64,000 nucleotides of DNA from Bacteroidota bacterium. GTDB taxonomy: Bacteria > Bacteroidota > Ignavibacteria > UBA10030. Under the pieces are notes generated by a model. It ran no database searches. It saw only the letters and a program-made list of their open reading frames with translations, and had not been told where the DNA came from. Position numbers and translations under genes: made by a program. This document shows, one piece after another, positions 39,201 to 47,953 of this stretch. The DNA is taken from positions 84 to 64,083 of the forward strand of contig DAOOUW010000007.1 in the NCBI GenBank assembly GCA_035390885.1. Reading direction: 5' to 3'. Position 1 is the stretch's first letter. Each line of letters begins with the position of its first letter.

Positions 39201-42200
39201 GAATACCTGTTAGTGCATCAAATGTCTTCATATGCCTTCCGTTTTCATCAAAGAAATATAGTTCGCTCCCATCTGAAGATGGAATGAATTTTTCAGTTAG
39301 CGTTGTACCCTGAAAAACCGGCTCAATACGAACTATCCAATGATAAAATTCTTCATCATAAAATGATGTTAATGATGTTATTGACGCATCACAAACAGTG
39401 TTGTTATCCGTGGATACGTATACAACTCCATCATTGCTAACTGCAATATCTTCAAGCCTGCCAAGGCTTGTTCGTTTAGCTGACCCACCCTCTACATACT
39501 CAAAACCTTTAATACTGCCTGCTAGTGTTCCAGTCCTTCCGTTTGGCTTGACATAGCGTACAACATTATAATCTACATCACAAATATAAACAATACCATC
39601 ACGACCTATTGCAACATCAAAAGGACCACCCATTTGAACTTCACTTGCTCTGCCACCATCTTCTGAAAATCCGAATTCTCCATTTCCTGCAAATCTTATA
39701 ATGACACCGCTTTGGTTCACAAGACGTACACAATTATTCCAATAATCCGCAATATAGACTTTACCATCACAGCTAACTGCAATACCTTCAATATCTCCCA
39801 ACTGAGCCAATGTCGCTAATCCACCATCGCCGGAATATCCAAATTCACCTGTCCCTGCTACAGTTGCAATATAACCATTTACATCTATCCGACGAACACG
39901 ATAATTACCAGCATCAGCAATAAATATCGCTCCATCAGGACCAAGCTCTACATCAGTTGGATAAGATAATTGAGCCTGCGTTGCCAATATGTTATCCCCA
40001 TTGTATCCACTTGAACCGGTACCTGCTATTGTTGTAATAATACCGTAAGGATCAACTTTGCGAATAACATGATTATTTTGATCAGCAATATATACTGTTC
40101 CATCTTCATCGACTACCAACCCTGTAGGTGAGTTTAACTCTGCATTTACAGCAGGACCCCCATCACCTGAATAACCGCTATTACCGTTTCCTGCAAGAAC
40201 AGAAACATAGCCTGTTGTACAACGTCTGTAGACCCTATTATCGAAACTATGTGTAAAGTAAATGGTTCCATCATTCCCAATAGCAACTTTTTGAATACCA
40301 TTCCCTTCTGTTCCATTTACTTTGGTAATCTTAGGACCGTAATAATCAGCCGATTCTATTCCTCCACTTCCATAGTAGATTGTCCTACTATTCGGATCGT
40401 ATATGTGATGAATACCTATTGAAAATCCTCCAAGATTGAAAGGCAATGCACTATTTCTCCCTACCATTCCAGTAGATATCTTTTTGGTTCCTCTAATGAA
40501 ACTAAAAGTAGATGTATCAGGATAACATTCCTCCGAAGTTACATATCCAGCAAATTCAGCATCGCTACCAATAATAATATAGAAAAATCGGTCATAACAC
40601 TTTTTATGAAGACGATAAAAAATCTTTGTATAGTATGTTATTTCAACTGTATATGGTTGCTCACCCTGTATTTCCCGACCATATGCATCCTTTCCATCCC
40701 ATAAATAATCACAAATAATGTTTTCCCCCGGTTGGTACCTATAATTGCTGGTTTGACCTGCAATTTGAATTTTCACATCTATCCATTGAAGATTTTGAGA
40801 AACATTCTCCTGCGTTAATGGAATGCTGATTCTATTTGCCTCTTTGTATCCATCCGTTCGTTTGCTATCATAACATAGGTCAATGGGGGTGCCATTGATA
40901 GAAACGATCTCACCAAGTAATTGATCCTGGACGCGAATAATGGAACCACCTTTACAATTGCCTTTTGGATCTTTCGGTTTATTTGAATTTGCATCTGGAA
41001 GCCCACTGGTAGTTTGGTCTTGCGAAATTTCATACTGACTAACCCATAATGCATAATTTAAATCGCAAGGTGAGAAATGCTCAATCTGAGCACGCCATAG
41101 CGTTTGTCCAACAGAATACATTTCCGTGAGTTTTTCGAGCTCTTTACGATCAAAAAGTGCTGCTAAAAGAGAATCTTGAGGCTCGGCAATATCATCTCCA
41201 TTGAGATCAATTTGTGCCAAACCATCCACTATGCCTACGATTTTCATAATAAAACCATTTGGTGATGGAATCCACATACCGCTCTCTCTATCATAAAACC
41301 CTACAGGAATAATTGTACCGACAGGAAATCCAAGAAAATTTTCTAAATATAAAGAAACGGGTTTATCAAATATAACTTCTCCTGCTTTCGCTGCAATCGC
41401 TTCATCTACGCTTAGCTCGACACAATAAGTATAAGCACTTGTCGGTGGAAGCTCTGCAGGCATAGAAGCCGGACCTGCCTCACCAACAGTATATTCTGTT
41501 GCACGGACAGACATCAATGGCAATTCCTGCACCGTACTGTCATCTAAAACTCTGACTTTCCTGCAAATACATCCATCTAAAACTGAATCAATTCGATATG
41601 CTTTTTTAATCATCTTCGCCGTCGTCCCTTGACGGAAGTACAAGGTTGCACGCCGCGTCCCTCTTTCATCAATAACTATACTTCCCTGAACAATCTGAGC
41701 TGAATCTGATGTATTTACTATAGTAACATTCGGATCAAGTTTTACCATTATTACACTATCAACTACAAAATAATCAAGCAAAGGTGTATTGACTTTACGC
41801 TGGACTGTTAAGTATCCATCTTTTGAATAATTGAGAACTATTGTACCTCCTCCATTGACTGCTATATCGAACATTCCATCTGTTCTTGTCAGTGTATGTC
41901 CATACTCTGGATGATTCAAAATTGTAATCCGTACTCCTGAGAGTGGACTTAAATTTCGCTCCATTACTTTACCGCGCAACACTGCTACTCTTATCGGATC
42001 GATTGTGCCTGAATCAACTCCACGCTGTATCGGATTATCTCCTGTGTATAAGAACGATGTCGAATTAAATACCGTCGTTGGTACAGTCAAGTCTATTGGC
42101 GGCGCTACTGTCGCTGGATCCGGCGGTAATGCTTCTCCTTCTCGTTTTACTTTCCTTATTTCACTCGTCGTTTGTCCAAATGTATCTACTGCAGAAATTG

Positions 42201-44106
42201 TAATCGTGTTTTGTCCAATTGCTAACGGCAAGCGATAACTAAACGTCCCATCTCCTTCTACCACTACAGCATTTCCATTGACGGTTAACTCTACAGATGT
42301 TAAGTCCGAGACCGTTCCACTTACCGTTACCACACTATCTGCCGTAACAGCTCCATTTGCTGGACTCGTTATCGTTAATATTGGCGCTTGCGTATCTTTT
42401 GTGACTGTCCGCACTACTATACTCTGATTCCCTACTGCATCCGTCGCCCTTATCTCAAATTCATTCTTCCCTTCAACTAATTCAAACGTCCCTCCAAATG
42501 TACCATCTCCTGCAACCGCTAACTCAGCGCCATTGACCGTTACTTTAACTCCTGTCGAATCATGAACCTCGCCCCCAACTACTACATCAGGCTGATTCGT
42601 GATATAATTCTCCGGCGGTAACGATACTCGCAACTCCGGCGATTCTGTGTCTAATCGCACCATTCGCTCTACCGTCGTACTGATCCCCCCTCGATCTATC
42701 GCTGTAACTACTATTCTATTTTTGCCTTCCTTCAACGTCAGTACTTTATTGAATGAACCATCCATCTCTACCGCTGTTGTATCGCCGTTGACGGTTACTA
42801 CCACATCTGTGATATCTTCTACCATACCACTGACTGTTACTGCTACTTCCCTTGTAATATATCCATCCTCTGGTTCGGTTATCGTAAGCTCTGGCGCTCT
42901 TGTATCTCTGATAACAACTCGTGCTTCTGTCAGTGTCTTTGAACCACTTGTGGCTACAATCGTGATAATATTCTCGCCTTCGCTCAGTTTTACCGGAACT
43001 GTAAATGAGCCGTCGCTGGTTGTCTGTACATCGATCCCATTGACTTTCACTGTCGCTGGCGCTGTAACCTTTCCTTTGACTACAACTGTTGTATCTCCTG
43101 TAATTACTCCATTGGCAGGTTCTTCTACGATTAACTTTAACTCCTGCTCTCCCTGCCGTGTTACCGTTCGTGTCTTCGTCGTACTATTCCCAGCCGCATC
43201 GTCTGCTGTTACCTTTATTATGTTCTTACCAATTCCTATTGGAACTTCTTGTTTGAAAAATCCATTGCATCCGTTATTGACTCTTATCTCTCTCCCTTCA
43301 TTGACTCTTATGGTTACTTTCGTTCGCGTCTGGTCTTCCACTCTTCCGCTTACCGTAACGATGCTATCTGTCGTTATTGTATTATTTGCTGGTGTGAATA
43401 TCGCTAATCTCGGCGGTAGGATGTCTCGTATCACTGTCCGCATTACCGTCGCTGTATTCTGTGCGCCATCTTTCGCCACAACAACAATGAGGTTCTTCCC
43501 TTCATGTAAATAGATCTTCCCGCTGAAATTACCGCCTCTATCTACTGGGAATACTATTCCATTGACTATCACCGAGACTATTTTCCCATTATCGGGATCG
43601 TAGACATTCCCGCTTACTCTAATGGTCTTCTCTTTTGTAATCGTCCGGTCTTCTGGTTCGGTCACTGTCAATACCGGCTTCTTTGTGTCCAGTACTACCT
43701 GTCGTGTCAGTGTTGTCTTCATTTGCCTGCTATCGGTGGCTTCGACTGTTATCGTGTTCTTCCCTTCTTTTAACATTATCCATGTCCCAAATTCACCTTT
43801 CCTATCAACTCCAACTTCTATGGCGTTCACCCGCACTCTCACAGGAACTCTTCCTTCCACTCGTCCATTTACAAGGATTCTCGGATATCTTGTTACCAAT
43901 CCTTCCGAAGGATTGTAGAGGATGATCTTAGGTTCTACCACTGCTGGCTTTACCGGCTTTGATTGCGCTTCTTGTCCGTTGTGCATCAAGAGTAGAGCGC
44001 TCTCTTTCGATTGAGAGATGACTTCTGCATTCGGTACTAATAAACCTAGAATGACAAGAATACCGAGTACAAAAAACGATAGTACAACATAGATTGATGG
44101 CTTCAT
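36271..44106 (-). CDS. Giant teneurin-like RHS/YD-repeat polymorphic toxin with Tlde1/YkuD-like C-terminal toxin
   Basis: 2611 aa. Elements in order: N-terminal signal/anchor helix; seven ~95-aa Ig-like repeats; CarboxypepD_reg/TTR-like segment (VRITILNHPEYGHTLTRTDGMFD); NHL repeats (GNGxxGYSGDGGxA..L..P.G.AVD..G..YIAD); many YD repeats; core end DPIGFGGG..DPINLFDRKGFQ; 133-aa tail with GKGRLPEGIY and LRIHPDAPPEGTEGCIGV. Confidence 0.9.
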   Translation of the reverse strand: MKPSIYVVLSFFVLGILVILGLLVPNAEVISQSKESALLLMHNGQEAQSKPVKPAVVEPKIILYNPSEGLVTRYPRILVNGRVEGRVPVRVRVNAIEVGVDRKGEFGTWIMLKEGKNTITVEATDSRQMKTTLTRQVVLDTKKPVLTVTEPEDRTITKEKTIRVSGNVYDPDNGKIVSVIVNGIVFPVDRGGNFSGKIYLHEGKNLIVVVAKDGAQNTATVMRTVIRDILPPRLAIFTPANNTITTDSIVTVSGRVEDQTRTKVTIRVNEGREIRVNNGCNGFFKQEVPIGIGKNIIKVTADDAAGNSTTKTRTVTRQGEQELKLIVEEPANGVITGDTTVVVKGKVTAPATVKVNGIDVQTTSDGSFTVPVKLSEGENIITIVATSGSKTLTEARVVIRDTRAPELTITEPEDGYITREVAVTVSGMVEDITDVVVTVNGDTTAVEMDGSFNKVLTLKEGKNRIVVTAIDRGGISTTVERMVRLDTESPELRVSLPPENYITNQPDVVVGGEVHDSTGVKVTVNGAELAVAGDGTFGGTFELVEGKNEFEIRATDAVGNQSIVVRTVTKDTQAPILTITSPANGAVTADSVVTVSGTVSDLTSVELTVNGNAVVVEGDGTFSYRLPLAIGQNTITISAVDTFGQTTSEIRKVKREGEALPPDPATVAPPIDLTVPTTVFNSTSFLYTGDNPIQRGVDSGTIDPIRVAVLRGKVMERNLSPLSGVRITILNHPEYGHTLTRTDGMFDIAVNGGGTIVLNYSKDGYLTVQRKVNTPLLDYFVVDSVIMVKLDPNVTIVNTSDSAQIVQGSIVIDERGTRRATLYFRQGTTAKMIKKAYRIDSVLDGCICRKVRVLDDSTVQELPLMSVRATEYTVGEAGPASMPAELPPTSAYTYCVELSVDEAIAAKAGEVIFDKPVSLYLENFLGFPVGTIIPVGFYDRESGMWIPSPNGFIMKIVGIVDGLAQIDLNGDDIAEPQDSLLAALFDRKELEKLTEMYSVGQTLWRAQIEHFSPCDLNYALWVSQYEISQDQTTSGLPDANSNKPKDPKGNCKGGSIIRVQDQLLGEIVSINGTPIDLCYDSKRTDGYKEANRISIPLTQENVSQNLQWIDVKIQIAGQTSNYRYQPGENIICDYLWDGKDAYGREIQGEQPYTVEITYYTKIFYRLHKKCYDRFFYIIIGSDAEFAGYVTSEECYPDTSTFSFIRGTKKISTGMVGRNSALPFNLGGFSIGIHHIYDPNSRTIYYGSGGIESADYYGPKITKVNGTEGNGIQKVAIGNDGTIYFTHSFDNRVYRRCTTGYVSVLAGNGNSGYSGDGGPAVNAELNSPTGLVVDEDGTVYIADQNNHVIRKVDPYGIITTIAGTGSSGYNGDNILATQAQLSYPTDVELGPDGAIFIADAGNYRVRRIDVNGYIATVAGTGEFGYSGDGGLATLAQLGDIEGIAVSCDGKVYIADYWNNCVRLVNQSGVIIRFAGNGEFGFSEDGGRASEVQMGGPFDVAIGRDGIVYICDVDYNVVRYVKPNGRTGTLAGSIKGFEYVEGGSAKRTSLGRLEDIAVSNDGVVYVSTDNNTVCDASITSLTSFYDEEFYHWIVRIEPVFQGTTLTEKFIPSSDGSELYFFDENGRHMKTFDALTGIRLYSFIYDTTGHLQSILDVDSLATTIKWDGQGRLQSFISPYGQKTDIVLDSVGLISSIRNPAGELFRYTFTQDGLMTSFTDANGNVHSFLYDSVGRLVLDMDPAGGFTALDRSQFSTGFEISVKTAEGRQSKYRLENLPIGGIKRTSTDEAGRTTVDIIPGDGTITSILSDGTTIKTEYSPDPRFGMQAPLTTTITTLPSGLESRVEQYRTISQMTGMEVTGLTDSVVVNDRVYKTIWDGANKLFRSISPEGRETFSWINEKGRVIKDSIPGIEATYYSYNPKGQLITVTQAGRTASYTYDNRGWLATATDPIQRVSRFEYDSVGRITRQVLPDGHEILYTYDANGNLTTLIPPARPAHGFEYNKVDLTTLYAPPVLGTDTLNTRYEYNKDRDVVRVIRPDGGVIETLYDSTGCGSCGPVGRPKKILFDRGALTFGYNPITGTLDTLISPEDTLLYSYDGTLPTSVTWRGGVVGTVSVTYDENLRVTSQSINGNNTIDFAYDNDGLLTKVGAMDITREAATGRISGTTLGNVTTSQSYSTLGELASYHAKYGTNTIFGTNYQRDSLGRITQITEAVEGVATVKRYSYDIAGRLEKVWRNDTLVSVYIYDANGNRISHWTSSRVDSGSYDAQDRMLSYGNAQYFYTPNGELKMKVEGTDTTFYTYDYFGNLKTVILPNKDRIDYIIDGQNRKIGKKVNGQIVKKWIYSGQLTPVAELDSTGNITARFAGSYMIKDGNTYQLITDHLGSVRLVVDVATGTVMQRLDYDEHGNVSYDSNPDFTPFGFCGGLYDNQTKLTRFGARDYDAETGRWTAKDPIGFGGGVSNLYEYCLNDPINLFDRKGFQVIYGQESPSNIVMTFNGNTLTIKTNVGNGIIIGMYPAISGPYGKGRLPEGIYEATNLRRRTMKGMVCPGEEMGWSIDLSDAPGRDYLRIHPDAPPEGTEGCIGVLCSVSEDFYNQVKPYFEAGTPMVYLYVQY
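42150..43930 (-). repeat. Seven tandem Ig-like domain repeats within the main RHS gene (protein-level periodicity ~285 nt)
   Basis: Recurrent pattern P.L.(I/V)T.P.....T....V.VSG.V.D......V.VNG......DG.F......L.EG.N.I.V.A.D..GN. Confidence 0.7.
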
Positions 44107-44349
44107 GGCTTTCCCTTTGGTTTATAGTGATTAGTACTATGGATTTATTTTCGTATCCAAGGCTGGAATTCTTTGAGCCTCTTTTTGAACACTATTGAAA
44201 ATTTATTTCCCCACCCGTTGCCTTCCCTCCCACCGTAGTCCGTCTAACCTCACAACTCCGAAACGACTACTTGCAAACCTTCAACTATATTTTACTTATT
44301 GGTATTTTTGGAAAAAAGCAAGAAGTTTTTTTAGAAATTTTTTTGGAAA

Positions 44350-44527
44350 CACCCCGTCCTTCGGACACCCCTCTACAAGAGGGGAATTTTGTAGAGGTGA
44401 CTTCGATCAGGATTATCACTCTACTCAGCCGCCGTCAGGGAATCGGTTGCCGAGGTGCCGTAGGCGTATCGAGGCAACGGACTACTCTGGTTTTCTCACC
44501 CACGGGTGAACCCGTGGGTTACAAGTG
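44350..44527 (+). repeat. Structured intergenic repeat, copy A (core 44399-44478) with flanking GC hairpins
   Basis: The core aligns with copies B, C and D. 5' hairpins: GTCCttcgGAC and CCTCTACAA-(10 nt)-TTGTAGAGG. 3' hairpin: CCCACGGGtgaaCCCGTGGG (44498-44519). Lies between the rhs start and the gspF stop. ORFs 44195..44509 and 44271..44696 are translations of it. Confidence 0.7.
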
Positions 44528-44548
44528 GTTGTACCGTCTTCCCAACAT

Positions 44549-45649
44549 CTATCCTCCAACGGCACCTACCACTTCGAACATTGGCATATACATCGAAATA
44601 AGAATGAATGCAACTACCAAACCTAAGAATAGAATGATAACAGGTTCAATAATTGATGAGAGAGTATCCACAGTTAAATCTATTTCTTTTTCATAATAGT
44701 CGGCTACTTTCAATAGCATTGTATCGAGTTCGCTGGTCTCTTCACCCACTGTAATCATTTGCGCGACCATCGGTGGAAAAAGCTTCGATTCTACTAATGG
44801 CTCCGCTACTGCTTTCCCTTGTTTGACCGCACGAATGATTATTCCAATTTCATTTTTAATTTCCTCTATCGTAAACATCTTTTGCACTACTTCAAGCGCT
44901 TCAACTAATGACACTTGCGCTTCCAATAATGTGCCTAATGTTCTGCAAAATTGCGCTACGTAGTGTTTGAGAATCGTGCTTCCAAAAAATGGAAGACGAA
45001 TCAAATAGGATTGTAACTTAGCTTTTACAGCGGGATTCTTCAGAAAATTTCTGAATGCAAATCCTAACACTATCAACAAAATAACTGCATAAATTCCGTA
45101 TGCCTTCACACCATCGCTTAACTCCACCACAAATTTCGTCATAGCTGGCATTTCAACTTGAGAAGTCTTGAACATCTCAGCAAATGCAGGAATAATGAAC
45201 AAGAGCAAAAACAACACCGCCGCAATTGCAACCGTTAAGACTAACGCTGGATATGTTAATGCTTGCCGGAATTTCTTCTTCAATGCATTGATCTTTTCAA
45301 GATGCGTTGCAAGCTGTGCAAGGACAGACGGCAATCTCCCGCTCTCCTGTCCAACTTCAACTGTAACCACAAATAAATTATCGAATACTTCTGGATAAGC
45401 GTTCAAAGCTTTTGCAAAGGATTCGCCGCGCTGAATTCTACTTAAAAGACCTTCGATAACTTCCTTCATCCTTTCATTTTTAGTTTGCCGGGCAAGCACT
45501 TCTAACGAACGATGCAGCGATACTCCTGCCTGTAACATAACAGCTAATTGAGTTGAGAACTCAACTTTATTCTTCTCGGTAACTTGCGTCCGCTTCAGAA
45601 AAGTAAAAGAATCTTTTTTCGTAACTTCTTTTTTATTTTTTTTATCCAT
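44549..45649 (-). CDS. gspF: Type II secretion / type IV pilus platform protein (GspF/PilC family)
   Basis: 366 aa with two T2SSF repeats and three TM segments. Confidence 0.85.
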   Translation of the reverse strand: MDKKNKKEVTKKDSFTFLKRTQVTEKNKVEFSTQLAVMLQAGVSLHRSLEVLARQTKNERMKEVIEGLLSRIQRGESFAKALNAYPEVFDNLFVVTVEVGQESGRLPSVLAQLATHLEKINALKKKFRQALTYPALVLTVAIAAVLFLLLFIIPAFAEMFKTSQVEMPAMTKFVVELSDGVKAYGIYAVILLIVLGFAFRNFLKNPAVKAKLQSYLIRLPFFGSTILKHYVAQFCRTLGTLLEAQVSLVEALEVVQKMFTIEEIKNEIGIIIRAVKQGKAVAEPLVESKLFPPMVAQMITVGEETSELDTMLLKVADYYEKEIDLTVDTLSSIIEPVIILFLGLVVAFILISMYMPMFEVVGAVGG

Positions 45650-45678
45650 AATGAAATGTTAATGAAATTTATAGTTTT

Positions 45679-46185
45679 CTATCTCTTTACATAAAAATCC
45701 GATTTCGAACTTGGTGTTGTCGTTGCAACTATTTCATATTGACAATTTGCCCATCTCGATTCCGCCAAAATGCTTATTCGATATTGCACGGAATTCATTC
45801 CTCTAACTTCTTCTCTTACCTTCACTAAAAATACTTTTGCCTTCTGAGGCGTAATATCCACTCCATTTCTACTTATTCTCCATCTCTTGTCCAAATCTGA
45901 GCTCTTCACAAAATCATATCGAATCTCTTTATCGAATTCCCTTGTCAATACAAGCGACGTATCCGTCAAGCTCACTCCTGAACTGGTCTTCTGAATATCC
46001 ATCGCCATAAGCGTCAAGATACGCCGAACATCGCCTTTCATTTCTGTAGAACCGTTCCACCTCTGAAACAATTCATTCGTAAACTGAAAGAGAGCAAAAC
46101 TCATGCTTACTAAAATTGAGCCTACGATGAGAACTACTAAAATTTCCTGAATCGTAAATCCATCTGTTTCCTTCAGTACTTTCAT
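45679..46185 (-). CDS. Minor pseudopilin (prepilin-type N-terminal cleavage/methylation domain)
   Basis: N-terminus ..TDG/FTIQEILVVLIVGSILV. Confidence 0.7.
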   Translation of the reverse strand: MKVLKETDGFTIQEILVVLIVGSILVSMSFALFQFTNELFQRWNGSTEMKGDVRRILTLMAMDIQKTSSGVSLTDTSLVLTREFDKEIRYDFVKSSDLDKRWRISRNGVDITPQKAKVFLVKVREEVRGMNSVQYRISILAESRWANCQYEIVATTTPSSKSDFYVKR

Positions 46186-46547
46186 TCATACTCCAGAAAA
46201 GTTCTAAACAATTCCACTAATAATTCCTTATCCTTATTTCCACTCCAGACCAACACTCTCACTTCGACAAGCGATTCCGACTTTGTAACGATTCGCTGAA
46301 TAACGAGGCCATGGTCAGCCGGTTTTACCGCCGCAGTAAAATCTTTATTGCTTGAAATTTCATTCATTTCAGAAATAGCCAAGAGAAAAGCTTTATTCTT
46401 AAGTTCAACTCCTCTATCGAACATCAAGTTCCCCATCATTGTTATCATTGGAATAAGAACGCTCAAGAATAGAGCCATTGCAACAAGCGTTTCGATAAGA
46501 GTATAGCCAGACTCCTTCTTAAAAATATTTTTAAGATTTAATACCAT
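46182..46547 (-). CDS. Minor pseudopilin (GspI/J-like)
   Basis: N-terminus ..ESG/YTLIETLVAMALFL. 4-nt overlap with the next gene. Confidence 0.7.
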   Translation of the reverse strand: MVLNLKNIFKKESGYTLIETLVAMALFLSVLIPMITMMGNLMFDRGVELKNKAFLLAISEMNEISSNKDFTAAVKPADHGLVIQRIVTKSESLVEVRVLVWSGNKDKELLVELFRTFLEYE

Positions 46548-47953
46548 TCTAACACATCCAGTTTATTCGATTTGCCAAAACCTGTTGGAACAAGATATGA
46601 AAGAGGAAGTTCCTCCCTGTTAATATGTCCAGTTCTAATCCAACCCATATACACTGTTGGCGCTTCATAGAAATAAAATTCTTTCGTCAAGACAGTGCCA
46701 GCGACAGAACCATCAAGAGTTATAGCGCCTTCGCACACAACAGCGCCAGTAACTTTAGCGCCTGGCTCGATATTGATAAGAGTATTTTGAATCGGCAAAT
46801 TCCCTTCTGTTAACAAAGCAAGAGCCCCTTCCACCAGACTTCCATTCCTTAATGTAATTCCTTGCCCTGCGATCTTCGAATCGTCCGATTGAAATGATAC
46901 AACGGTTGAGGGATAATCGAGTCTTGCTCCCGATGAAATCTCTACCGCAGGCGCAAGGATTTGTCCGCTGAAAGTACAATTGCTGTCAACTTGAACTAAT
47001 GTACTACTGAAAAGAATTGCAGATTGTATCGAGACATTATGAGGAACGACTATTTCCTCCCGCGACAATATTGCAACAAGTCCCTTGAGTTCAGCGCCTT
47101 GCTCGAAGATTACTCTATTGCATAAAATATACAATGGCTTGGGTCGTCTCTTGACATAATTATTGATAACAAGATTTCCATTTACAACAATGGAATTCAA
47201 CTCATCTGTAACAGAATTATTATCAAGGATAAAGGATGAACCAACATACTTGCTGTTTCCCCAGCTCGATGATATTTGTGCCTCACCTTTCTGAATCTTT
47301 GCGAAATATTCGACTTGCTGTTTCCATCCCCCAAGCGACAACGACGGCGAAATTTCTCTTTTGATGTTTCCTTCAATTGGCTTCTTTAGAGGCGCAGGGA
47401 AATTAGCAATAGTTCCAGTAGTAACTCCGCTTATTCCCGTAATAACATTTCCTTTTATTTGAGCAGACCCGGTCATTACAAGCTGATGTTCGGTATTTGC
47501 AAAGTAAAGTGCATTTTCAAATTGACTCGTTGGCATATTCGCAATAACAGCATGCCGTTGAGTTCTTACACGACCGACCCAACCTTCTGAGAATATTGCG
47601 TAGTACAATCCCCAATGTTGGATTTTAACAACAGCTTTTCCATTTTGTCCAAAATCATACTCTCTCGCAATCTCCATTCCAAATTGAGGCGATATTGCAT
47701 GGGAATTCAATTCCACAATAGCTCGATTGACTCCGTCAATCGCCGCATAATCTGATTTGACTTGAGCAACGCTCAACAACGCATTCTGTTGATAGAAATA
47801 TTTAAGCATCACTATGGAAAGAATAAGAAGAGAGAGAATAGTAATCATATAAAGTACAGAAGGTAGTGCAAATCCCTCCTGTTTCTTAAGGATTATTTTT
47901 CTGCCAAATAAAATCAACTTAGAAAACAATTGATGTTCTCCCTTTTTCTTCAA
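46538..47953 (-). CDS. Large GspK-like minor pseudopilin with predicted beta-helical body
   Basis: N-terminal QEGFALPSVLYMITILSLLILSIV has the GspK-type helix without Glu5. The remainder has repetitive (V/I)xGx(V/I) segments (IKGNVITGISGVTTG; KVTGAVVCEGAITLDGSVAGTV). Confidence 0.45.
   Translation of the reverse strand: MKKKGEHQLFSKLILFGRKIILKKQEGFALPSVLYMITILSLLILSIVMLKYFYQQNALLSVAQVKSDYAAIDGVNRAIVELNSHAISPQFGMEIAREYDFGQNGKAVVKIQHWGLYYAIFSEGWVGRVRTQRHAVIANMPTSQFENALYFANTEHQLVMTGSAQIKGNVITGISGVTTGTIANFPAPLKKPIEGNIKREISPSLSLGGWKQQVEYFAKIQKGEAQISSSWGNSKYVGSSFILDNNSVTDELNSIVVNGNLVINNYVKRRPKPLYILCNRVIFEQGAELKGLVAILSREEIVVPHNVSIQSAILFSSTLVQVDSNCTFSGQILAPAVEISSGARLDYPSTVVSFQSDDSKIAGQGITLRNGSLVEGALALLTEGNLPIQNTLINIEPGAKVTGAVVCEGAITLDGSVAGTVLTKEFYFYEAPTVYMGWIRTGHINREELPLSYLVPTGFGKSNKLDVLEWY

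Noticed and set aside
42647-43513. 288-aa plus-strand ORF, with several others, antisense to the main RHS gene
   Set aside because: Its low-complexity Ser/Thr/Val composition is typical of the antisense frame of the Ig-like repeats, and it lies entirely within a well-supported 2611-aa gene. The same reasoning applies to 15468..16235, 23031..23543, 10996..11436, 11996..12502 and the other shadow ORFs inside confident genes.
36271-44106. T6SS-delivered Rhs effector
   Set aside because: There is no PAAR or VgrG-interaction domain at the N-terminus and no T6SS genes in the window. The protein starts instead with a Sec-type hydrophobic helix followed by Ig-like repeats. A T6SS elsewhere in the genome cannot be excluded.
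44195-44696. ORFs 44195..44509 and 44271..44696 (also 55776..56021 and 55891..56085), which give peptides such as PLQEGNFV and SRRQGIGCRGA
   Set aside because: They are translations of the GC-rich hairpins and the conserved repeat core. The same DNA recurs in both orientations in non-coding positions. The second ORF also overlaps the gspF 3' end.
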